From assembly GCA_039794085.1 (NCBI GenBank), contig JBDIWC010000086.1, forward strand, positions 1-11,543: 11,543 nucleotides of DNA. The letters are read 5' to 3'. The translations under genes were made by a program, and so were the position numbers. Of the stretch, positions 1-6,626 are shown in pieces (the first letter of the stretch is position 1; each line of letters begins with the position of its first letter). The notes below the pieces were generated by a model. The model saw only the letters and a list, made by a program, of their open reading frames with translations. It searched no databases and was not told the origin of the DNA. The stretch comes from Gemmatimonadales bacterium (lineage in GTDB: Bacteria > Gemmatimonadota > Gemmatimonadetes > Gemmatimonadales > GWC2-71-9).

Positions 1-8
1 AATGAGGA

Positions 9-36
9 GTGGAGGATGCCCGGAGTCGAAGCCGGG
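9..36 (-). other. Degenerate tmRNA/tRNA 3'-end fragment (T-arm plus acceptor 3' strand); possible attachment-site remnant
   Basis: Minus strand reads CCCGG-CTTCGACT-CCGGG-CATCCTCCAC: a 5-bp T stem with a TTCGACT loop (one extra C), then a CATCTCCAC(CA)-like tmRNA end (one extra C). No 5' half of a tRNA/tmRNA is recognisable at higher coordinates. Confidence 0.4.
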
Positions 37-125
37 CTCAAGTCGGTGACAGGCGACAAATCGCCTAAACTGCCGGAAACAGCATACTTACAAGGCCGTC
101 TCCGCAAGTTAACCGGACACTAGTG

Positions 126-223
126 ATGTCCTATGTCCTATGTCCTATGTCCTATGTCCTATGTCCTATGCCCTATGTCCTATGTCCTATGTCCGATGTT
201 CCATGCCCTATGCTTGACGTCCT
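126..223. repeat. Heptamer tandem repeat (ATGTCCT)n, about 14 units
   Basis: Six perfect ATGTCCT units at 126-167, then ATGCCCT, ATGTCCT x2, ATGTCCG, ATGTTCC, ATGCCCT, ATGCTTG and ACGTCCT, all in 7-nt phase. Confidence 0.97.
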
Positions 224-235
224 ACTCCACCTTGC

Positions 236-273
236 ACGAAGGGTCCGATCCCGCCAGGGACCGGACCCTTCGT
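236..273 (-). terminator. Strong 17-bp hairpin downstream of the PEP-CTERM gene (terminator or 3'-stabilising stem)
   Basis: ACGAAGGGTCCG (236-247) pairs with CGGACCCTTCGT (262-273) and TCCC pairs with GGGA around a 4-nt loop. The single mismatch is a G-U pair on the minus-strand RNA. It lies 25 nt after the stop at 299 and has no U-tract. Confidence 0.6.
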
Positions 274-298
274 CACACCCGGGACCAGGGGGAATGAA

Positions 299-1174
299 TC
301 AGCCCCGGGTGCGCCTCCGCCGCCACCAGCTGGAGGCGCCGACCCCGGCCAGTCCGGTGGCCAACAGGAAGATGGTGGACGGTTCCGGCACCGGGGTGCT
401 CGGGAGCTCGAAGTTGGCATGCACGGCGAAGTCCTCGTCGCCGGCAAATCCCAGTTGGACATTGTCCGCAAAGCCCTGAAACCGATCGGGCCAGTTGCTC
501 CCGACTCCCACGCTCAGCCCCCAGACCTGGGCGCCACTCAGGGAGCAGTTCGGATCCGTTGCCCATCCCCCCACAGTGGCCGTCTTGAGGGGATTCGGGA
601 AGAACGGGTCGACATTGCTGCAGTCGTTGATGGTGTAGCCACCGGTGGATCCCTGGACAAAACGCCAGAAGAACTGATCGGTGATGCTCTCGGTGACCCA
701 TTGGTCGGTCACGGCCGGCGTGGGGTCGGTGTAGAACTGTTCCCAGACCAGTTCGCTGAAGAGGGGGGAGCCCCCGATGTCCTGCCGGAGAAAGAGCCGG
801 AGCACCGGCGTCTGGGCCTGCCACGGGACATCGTTCACCGTCTGATTGGCAAGCGAAGCACGGAACCAGTCAAACTGGAGGTGGTTGACGTTGTCGATGA
901 GCCCCCAGCTCGAGGTGAGCGAATCGACGCCGGCAACCGTCCGGAAGAAGGCCCAGTCGGTGAGTGCCCCTGTAGTCAGCAGCTCCAGGGAGCCGTTCCC
1001 GAGCCGTGGGTTGGTTCCGGTGATCGCGGCGGTACCGAGTCCCCGGTCGTCGGTCTGCCAGGAGGGATCCCCCGGAAAAACCACGTTCTGGGCCTCAAGA
1101 GTTCCGGCTGTCGGGATCCCGAAGAGTCCCAGCGCCAGTAGGCCGATGACAACGCCCTGCAAGCTGAATCGCAT
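299..1174 (-). CDS. PEP-CTERM sorting-domain surface protein (291 aa), exosortase substrate
   Basis: C-terminus VPEPSTIFLLATGLAGVGASSWWRRRRTRG has the PEP motif, a TM helix and an Arg cluster. N-terminal signal peptide MRFSLQGVVIGLLALGLFGIPTAGTLEA-Q. Start trimmed from 1315 to ATG 1174 on the basis of the signal peptide and the promoter position. Confidence 0.92.
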   Translation of the reverse strand: MRFSLQGVVIGLLALGLFGIPTAGTLEAQNVVFPGDPSWQTDDRGLGTAAITGTNPRLGNGSLELLTTGALTDWAFFRTVAGVDSLTSSWGLIDNVNHLQFDWFRASLANQTVNDVPWQAQTPVLRLFLRQDIGGSPLFSELVWEQFYTDPTPAVTDQWVTESITDQFFWRFVQGSTGGYTINDCSNVDPFFPNPLKTATVGGWATDPNCSLSGAQVWGLSVGVGSNWPDRFQGFADNVQLGFAGDEDFAVHANFELPSTPVPEPSTIFLLATGLAGVGASSWWRRRRTRG

Positions 1175-1221
1175 ACCAGTTACCGCACCTGTGTGAGAAA
1201 GACTTCCACCATCCATGAGAG

Positions 1222-1237
1222 TGCAATCGGCATACCG
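1222..1237 (-). promoter_or_regulatory. Putative sigma54 (-24/-12) promoter of the PEP-CTERM gene
   Basis: Minus strand CGGTATGCCGATTGCA has exact GG-N10-GC spacing with TTGCA (consensus TGGCACG-N4-TTGCW), about 50 nt upstream of ATG 1174. PEP-CTERM genes are known to be often sigma54-controlled. Confidence 0.65.
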
Positions 1238-1431
1238 ATGGGGATTCTCAACCGCTCTGACTCCAGCAGAGGGCGATGCCGACGAGTAAAAGCATGCCAA
1301 TACGTTGTACCACATGTAGTTACGGATTCAAGGCCCGGTCGCATCTCCGCCCTTTCCGCCCTACAATGAGGCCTGAAAAGGGCGGGATTGCATCCTTGCC
1401 ACAGTTCCCTTGTGGTGGGGATCCGACGGTT

Positions 1432-2493
1432 TCATGTCGTTCCACTGACACCGGCGTTCACCTGGCCAAAGACAACCACACCGGGGGCCAGGGTTACCAG
1501 AGGGGCCACGACCGTGGTTTCCCGTCCCGGCCCTCCCACCATTGTTCCCTCGCCGAGCAGAATCTCGTCCTCTGCAATCACCGGCCCCCCGATCGCCACG
1601 TCTCCCGCAGTCTTAATCGTGGTCCGGGAGACCACGCTTCCCGTGATCGTTCCTCCGCGCCCGACCTGAATGCTCCGATGCGCCTTGACGCTCCCCTCGA
1701 CTCGAGCTTCCGCCCCGATCGTGAGGGTGCCGGCCACCACGAGATCGCCCCGGTGCTCCGTGCCGGCGGGCAGTTCCGCGTCTCCATCCACATGCAGATG
1801 GTCGCCGACCGTGCGGGCCCTCTCGGGGGGAATCCACGCGGTGCGTTCCACCGCTTCAGGGGTCCCCCGGGGATGAGCGGGACCGACCTCGATTCGCGGT
1901 GCACCGATCCGTTCGAACCGCACCCCGGTCCCGAGCCGGATCGCGGAGGCCGAGGATGCCCGGCCGAAAAGCAGCGAGCCATCCTCCACCAGGAGGACTC
2001 CTTCGGAGTGGACCCACCGGGTCACGGTCGACCGGGAGCCGAGCCGAACGTCCGCGGTTCCATACAGGGCGCGCAGGGTGGTTTCGGGTCCCCCGGTCCA
2101 GGGTGCCGTGGCATACACTTCGAGCAGGAAGGTTTCCCGGCCGACCAGCGTCACCGGGGCCTCGGTCACGATCACGCGGTCGTGGGCTCCGTCGGGACGG
2201 GGACCCCGGGAAAGGACCTCGGGCAGGTTCCGCACCCGGACAAAGCCGGTTCCGGAGGGCAAACGTCCGTAATAATCCCCTTCGGGAATCTCCAGCGGGA
2301 GCCCGGCGAGCTGGGCGGTGATCCAGAGCCGGAAGCGATCGGCAAAGTAGGCGAGGTTGGCGGCGTCCCGTTCGACCACGGAGAGTGGCGTGGTGTCGGT
2401 GGGCCGGAGCAGCTCCCGGAGCGCCGGGAGGAGGGGGAGCAGGAACCAGGCGAGGGTGACGGCCAGGACCGCGAGGAAGGGGAGGAGGGTCAT
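1432..2493 (-). CDS. Membrane-anchored protein with 17-18-aa beta-solenoid (bactofilin/polymer-forming-like) repeats, 353 aa
   Basis: ATG 2493 overlaps the GT2 stop (ATGA). N-terminal hydrophobic helix MTLLPFLAVLAVTLAWFLLPLLPAL. Repeats GDLVVAGTLTIGAEARVE / GSVKAHRSIQVGRGGTIT / GSVVSRTTIKTAGDVAIG / GPVIAEDEILLGEGTMVG. Confidence 0.8.
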   Translation of the reverse strand: MTLLPFLAVLAVTLAWFLLPLLPALRELLRPTDTTPLSVVERDAANLAYFADRFRLWITAQLAGLPLEIPEGDYYGRLPSGTGFVRVRNLPEVLSRGPRPDGAHDRVIVTEAPVTLVGRETFLLEVYATAPWTGGPETTLRALYGTADVRLGSRSTVTRWVHSEGVLLVEDGSLLFGRASSASAIRLGTGVRFERIGAPRIEVGPAHPRGTPEAVERTAWIPPERARTVGDHLHVDGDAELPAGTEHRGDLVVAGTLTIGAEARVEGSVKAHRSIQVGRGGTITGSVVSRTTIKTAGDVAIGGPVIAEDEILLGEGTMVGGPGRETTVVAPLVTLAPGVVVFGQVNAGVSGTT

Positions 2494-3749
2494 GAGGGTG
2501 ACGTCTCCCGGTAGCGCTCGGTCTTGTCCCACGAGACGTGGTTCCCCTGGATCCAGGACGTGCGCGAGAGGGTGGCCCGGGTGACCGCCACCAGGTTCAC
2601 CAGGAACCCGAAGGCGAGGAAGGGGAGGAGGCGGACCCGGCGGCCGCTGCCGTCGAGCCGCGTGGCGGTGCCGACCTCGAAGAACGCGGCGAAATTGCCG
2701 AGGGTGCCGAAGGTGGCCACGCTGAGCACCGCGATGGGCCCTTCGAGCAGGGAAGCGCCGAGGAAATAGAGCGCCAGGGCAAAGGTCCAGCCGGCCAGGA
2801 GGACGGGGCCCACGGCAAAGACGCCGAGCAGGAGAAACCCGTCCACCCCCCGGCGCCAGCGCACGGGGCGTGGAAAGCGGAGGAGGGCCGGGCCGTGGCG
2901 CGCCAGCGATTGATTGTGGCCCTTGGCCCAGCGCATGACCTGGCGGATGCGAGTGGGCCACGTCTCGGGCACTTCCTCGTAGCATTCCGAGCGGTTCTGG
3001 TAGACCACCTCCCACCCCTGGAGCACGAGACGGAAGGTCATGTCGGTGTCCTCGGCCAGGGTGTCGGCCCGCCACCCGCCAACCGACTCGAGCGCGGTGC
3101 GTCGCACTCCGCCCACCGTGCCGCCGTACTGCGGAACCAGCCGCAGGTTCATGCGGGCCTGCTGATCCACCTGGTATCCCCCGGCCCGTTCCAGGTCGAG
3201 GAGCCGGGTGAGGAGAGAGCGATTCAGGTTGTGGGGCACGACCCGCCCCATAACCGCGCCGACCTCGGGGTCGAAGAAGGGGGCCACGAGCTGTTTGAGG
3301 AGACCGGGACCGGGGAGATAATCGGCGTCGAACACGAGGTGGATCTCGTCGCCGAACCGGGTGCTGGCATCGGCCAGGGCCGCGGCCTTGCCGGGTGGCC
3401 CCTCGGAGCGATGAAAGGGGGTGACCCGGGTCGGGAACCGGCGAGCGTAGTCGTCCACCAGGGCGGCGGTGCCATCGGTGGAGCGGTCGTTGATCGGCAC
3501 GATGCGCAACCGGTCGGCCGGGTACTCGGCTGCGAGGAGGGCGTCGAGCATTCCGCCGATGACCTTCTCCTCGTTGTGCGCCGGAACGAATACGACCGTC
3601 TCCGGCCAGTCCGCGATGCCAATGTCGAGATAGGGTTGCCGGTGGCGCCCGATCAACCGGTTGATCGTGAAGAGATAGTGCCGAATCGTGTAGACGACGA
3701 GGATGGTCACCACGATCCCGAGCCCTAATTCCAAGAGGGTGACGATCAT
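2490..3749 (-). CDS. Processive family 2 glycosyltransferase (cellulose synthase/PgaC-like polysaccharide synthase), 419 aa
   Basis: ATG 3749 overlaps the upstream stop (ATGA). N-terminal TM helix; motifs VPAHNEE, INDRSTD, GKAAAL, FDAD (DxD), LAEDTD and QVMRW (QxxRW); C-terminal TM helices and WDKTER. Confidence 0.93.
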   Translation of the reverse strand: MIVTLLELGLGIVVTILVVYTIRHYLFTINRLIGRHRQPYLDIGIADWPETVVFVPAHNEEKVIGGMLDALLAAEYPADRLRIVPINDRSTDGTAALVDDYARRFPTRVTPFHRSEGPPGKAAALADASTRFGDEIHLVFDADYLPGPGLLKQLVAPFFDPEVGAVMGRVVPHNLNRSLLTRLLDLERAGGYQVDQQARMNLRLVPQYGGTVGGVRRTALESVGGWRADTLAEDTDMTFRLVLQGWEVVYQNRSECYEEVPETWPTRIRQVMRWAKGHNQSLARHGPALLRFPRPVRWRRGVDGFLLLGVFAVGPVLLAGWTFALALYFLGASLLEGPIAVLSVATFGTLGNFAAFFEVGTATRLDGSGRRVRLLPFLAFGFLVNLVAVTRATLSRTSWIQGNHVSWDKTERYRETSPS

Positions 3750-4576
3750 CGCCGGAGCTCCGGAATTCCCTGGGCCGGCCAGCTCATGCCCCATCCATAG
3801 AACGCCACGAGGACGAGGATCTCCACCAGCAGGCCGAACACGAGGAAGAGCACCGGCTGGAGCAGCAGGGAGCCCTGGTGGATGAGCCAGACATGGACCA
3901 GCACCTGTAAGGGGAGCAACACGATCAGGTGGCCGATCAGCAGGCCCGTGAGGAGGAGCTTGCGGAGGAGGGAGACGTCGATGATGTAGAAGGTGAAGCC
4001 GAGGATGGCGGGGAGCGACGTGATGAGGATCGCTCCGGCGGCGAGGAGCCCGGCGGCATAGCGCGGCGTGGGATAGGGGAAGGGCGGGGTGGCCAGGGCA
4101 AACCAGGCCAGGGACACTCCCTGGATGAGCACGAGGGCCCTCAGAAAATAGGCCAGGGGGAGGAATCGCGACGAAAGCGCGAAGGACAACAGGAGGACGA
4201 CCAGGGCGATGGTGCCGATGGTCACGAAGTGCCCCAGGGCGGGCCACGGCGCCTCCAATCCCGGGAAGGGAAGGTCCATTCCCAGGGGAAGTCCCGGTGC
4301 CACCAGTGGTCTCGTCTCCACCGGTCCGCCCACGCCGAGAAAGGGGAGCAGGAGTGCGAACATCCCCTTCCACAGGATGCCTATCGGTCGCAGGGCCGCG
4401 AGCATGACCGCCGTTCCCGCGAGGGCAAGAACCAGGGCGCCCAGGAGCCGGCCCCGGCCCACCCGAAGCCCGGCCATGGCACGATGGGCGGGGATGATCC
4501 CTCCGCGGATCCCCCGCTGGCGGAGATCTCCTATCGCTGTGTGGCTCGCGATTCTACCAGGACGCGAAGAGGCCAA
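3746..4576 (-). CDS. Polytopic inner-membrane protein of unknown function (276 aa, about 7 TM segments)
   Basis: Continuous hydrophobic segments. TTG start with GGAGG 5 nt upstream, overlapping the barrel gene by 23 nt; stop overlaps the GT2 start. The start is uncertain (an alternative ATG lies at MAGLRV). Confidence 0.8.
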   Translation of the reverse strand: MASSRPGRIASHTAIGDLRQRGIRGGIIPAHRAMAGLRVGRGRLLGALVLALAGTAVMLAALRPIGILWKGMFALLLPFLGVGGPVETRPLVAPGLPLGMDLPFPGLEAPWPALGHFVTIGTIALVVLLLSFALSSRFLPLAYFLRALVLIQGVSLAWFALATPPFPYPTPRYAAGLLAAGAILITSLPAILGFTFYIIDVSLLRKLLLTGLLIGHLIVLLPLQVLVHVWLIHQGSLLLQPVLFLVFGLLVEILVLVAFYGWGMSWPAQGIPELRR

Positions 4577-5330
4577 GGCTTCCTCCCGCGCGGGTGTAGA
4601 ACGGGTTGTCGTAGAGGTCTCCCTGAAGGCGCACTCCGAATCCGCTCCCGAGCCACTGGCGCCAGGTCACGTTTCCTTCGTAGCTGGTGAAGCGTCGCAG
4701 GGTGGCGGCGGTCCCGGTGAGCACGTAGCCCTCGGTTCCGACGCTTCCGCGCACCGTGACCCAGGAACGGCCATCCGCCCCGGCGGTCAGGGAGGCGAAT
4801 CCGCGACCCGAGGTGACCGATCCCGGGAGACTCCGGTTCCAGCGGCCCCCGGCCTCGAGCACCGTGCCGCCCACATACGCGGCGAGGCTTCCGCTCAGGG
4901 AGAGATCCTCGAACCCCTGCTTGGCATCGACCCAGGTGGCACCCGCCGTCACGATCAGGCGACGGCTGGGGAGGAGGATCCGGCTGAGGGTGCCGTCGAG
5001 CCGGACGTCGGGAAAGAAGAAGTCTCCGCTGCCGCCTCCGACCCCCAGGGTGGTGTACCAGTTCCGGGACAGGTTGATGCGGGCTCCGATCGAGCCGAAT
5101 GCTCCCTCGTCTCCGAAGGCCTCCTGGCCGAGACCCTCCAGATACCAGATCGTGGAGCCAATCGGGATCTGGGCCCGAACGCCTCCCCCTTTCCAGTCTC
5201 CAAAATCATTCCCGACATGTTGGTAGAGTCCGAAGGCATCCACCCATCCGGCCGCCCGCTGCGCCGCGGCGGGGGACGGAACGAGCGCCAGAGAGAGCAC
5301 AAAAAGGGGCGCCAGGCGAGGACGCATCAT
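4554..5330 (-). CDS. YaiO-family-like outer-membrane beta-barrel protein (258 aa)
   Basis: ATG 5330 overlaps the wecB stop (ATGA). Signal peptide MMRPRLAPLFVLSLALVPSPAAA-Q; alternating Gly/aromatic amphipathic strands; C-terminal beta-signal NPFYTRAGGSLGLFASW. The YaiO assignment rests on size, pattern and GT2 context. Confidence 0.78.
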   Translation of the reverse strand: MMRPRLAPLFVLSLALVPSPAAAQRAAGWVDAFGLYQHVGNDFGDWKGGGVRAQIPIGSTIWYLEGLGQEAFGDEGAFGSIGARINLSRNWYTTLGVGGGSGDFFFPDVRLDGTLSRILLPSRRLIVTAGATWVDAKQGFEDLSLSGSLAAYVGGTVLEAGGRWNRSLPGSVTSGRGFASLTAGADGRSWVTVRGSVGTEGYVLTGTAATLRRFTSYEGNVTWRQWLGSGFGVRLQGDLYDNPFYTRAGGSLGLFASW

Positions 5331-6493
5331 GACGTGGCTCGCATCTCGTGTACCACCGCGCCGGGCAACCGGCCGAAACGCTCCGCCAGGATTCTCGCGA
5401 TCCGTTCCGCGGCGTGGCCATCTCCGAAGGGGTTGGTTCCACGGGTCATCGCGGCGTGGGCCGCGGGATCGTCGAGAAGCACCGAGGCGGCCTGGACCAG
5501 GGCATCCCGGTCGGTTCCGACGAGCTGGCCGAAACCTTCGTCCACCACTTCGGGCCGTTCCGTGACGGTGCGCACGATGAGGACCGGTTTGCGCATGGCG
5601 GGCGCCTCTTCCTGGATTCCGCCGCTGTCGGTGATGAAGAAGAACGCTCGGCGCTCCACCTCGAGGAGGTCGCGGTAGCCGAGAGGGTCGACCAGGGTGA
5701 CGCGGGGAACGTTCTGGAGCACCTCGAACACGACGGAACGCACCGCGGGGTTGAGGTGGACCGGGAAGACGATCTCCACGTCGGGGTGGCTCACCGTGAG
5801 GTCGTGCAGAGCGCCGCAGATCTGCCGCAGGTCCTCGCCGAGGTTTTCCCGGCGATGCACGGTGGCGAGAAGGACCCGGTGGTTCTGCCATCCCACCGAT
5901 TCGAGGGCACGATTCTCGAACCGGGCCACCCGGGGGAGGGACTGCAGGGCGTCGACCACCGTGTTGCCGGTCACAAAGATGTCGCGCGCGGGGAGCCCCT
6001 CATGGAGCAGGTTCTGGCGGGCCCTCTCGGTCGGGGCAAAGTGCAGGTCGGTGGCGACACTGGCGATCCGCCGGTTGGCCTCCTCGGGGAAGGGACGCCG
6101 CATGTCGCCGGAGCGGAGCCCCGCCTCGATGTGGCCCACGGTGATGCCCTGGTAGAAGGCCGCCAGGACCGCGCTGACCACCGTGCTGGTGTCCCCCTGC
6201 ACGAGGAGAAGATCGGGACGGAGCGTGGCGAAGGTGTCGGTGAGGGCCATCAGAGCGCTTGATGTGAACTCGGCCAGGGTATGATTGTGGTGGGTCAGGC
6301 CGAGGTCGAGCGCAGGGGTCAGGTCGAAGGCGGCGAGCGCCTGGGCCAGCATTTCGCGATGTTGGGCCGTGGTGATCAACATGGGCGAGAAGATCTCCGG
6401 CCTCCGCTCCAGGGCTCGGAACACCGGGGCCATCTTGATGACCTCCGGGCGGGTCCCCACGACGAGACAGACTCGGATCGGTGCCGGGGTCAT
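5327..6493 (-). CDS. wecB: UDP-N-acetylglucosamine 2-epimerase (non-hydrolysing), 388 aa
   Basis: Motifs GTRPEVIKMAP, QHREML, VQGDT, HIEAGLRS, PFPEEANR, VTGNTVVDAL, HRREN, TDSGGIQEEAP and NPFGDG. Confidence 0.97.
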   Translation of the reverse strand: MTPAPIRVCLVVGTRPEVIKMAPVFRALERRPEIFSPMLITTAQHREMLAQALAAFDLTPALDLGLTHHNHTLAEFTSSALMALTDTFATLRPDLLLVQGDTSTVVSAVLAAFYQGITVGHIEAGLRSGDMRRPFPEEANRRIASVATDLHFAPTERARQNLLHEGLPARDIFVTGNTVVDALQSLPRVARFENRALESVGWQNHRVLLATVHRRENLGEDLRQICGALHDLTVSHPDVEIVFPVHLNPAVRSVVFEVLQNVPRVTLVDPLGYRDLLEVERRAFFFITDSGGIQEEAPAMRKPVLIVRTVTERPEVVDEGFGQLVGTDRDALVQAASVLLDDPAAHAAMTRGTNPFGDGHAAERIARILAERFGRLPGAVVHEMRATS

Positions 6494-6589
6494 GTGGTGG
6501 TGCCGTATCTTTCCGGGTTGTGCACGATGAGTCCCTCGGCTGCGGATCCGATGCTACTGTCTAAAAATCGGTCAAATATATACGTCAGG

Positions 6590-6605
6590 TGCAATATCTG
6601 GGCCT
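6590..6605 (-). promoter_or_regulatory. Putative sigma54 promoter of the wecB operon, framed by inverted repeat GTCAGG-N13-CCTGAC (6584-6608)
   Basis: Minus strand AGGCCCAGATATTGCA has GG-N10-GC spacing with TTGCA, in the AT-richer divergent wecB/dmpA intergenic region about 100 nt upstream of wecB. Confidence 0.5.
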
Positions 6606-6626
6606 GACCCACTCCGTGAGGTCCCC

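Noticed and set aside
9..36. Intact tRNA or tmRNA gene
   Set aside because: Only a T-arm/3' strand with insertions; no D-arm, anticodon arm or matching 5' acceptor strand.
126..223. CRISPR array
   Set aside because: Contiguous 7-mers with no spacers, and no cas genes in the window.
123..479. 118-aa ORF with a MSYVLCP repeat
   Set aside because: It is the translation of the heptamer array plus antisense overlap with the PEP-CTERM gene, with no protein-like features.
1285..1300. Second sigma54-like site TTGGCATGCTTTTACT upstream of the PEP-CTERM gene
   Set aside because: Good -24 half, but no GC at the required GG-N10-GC position.
1347..1385. Inverted repeat CCGCCCTTT/AAAGGGCGG as terminator of the polysaccharide operon
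   Set aside because: 21-nt loop and no U-tract. It could be a weak stem or an activator site, but this cannot be supported.
1276..5678. Long plus-strand ORFs (1276-2514, 2538-3728, 3929-4690, 4209-5678)
   Set aside because: Antisense shadows of well-supported minus-strand genes in GC-rich DNA, with no recognisable motifs.
2494..5891. Long N-terminal extensions of ORFs 1432-3075, 2490-4373 and 4554-5891
   Set aside because: They overlap upstream genes in another frame and are low-complexity Pro/Arg/Gly. ATGA-coupled starts at 2493, 3749 and 5330 give proper TM or signal N-termini.
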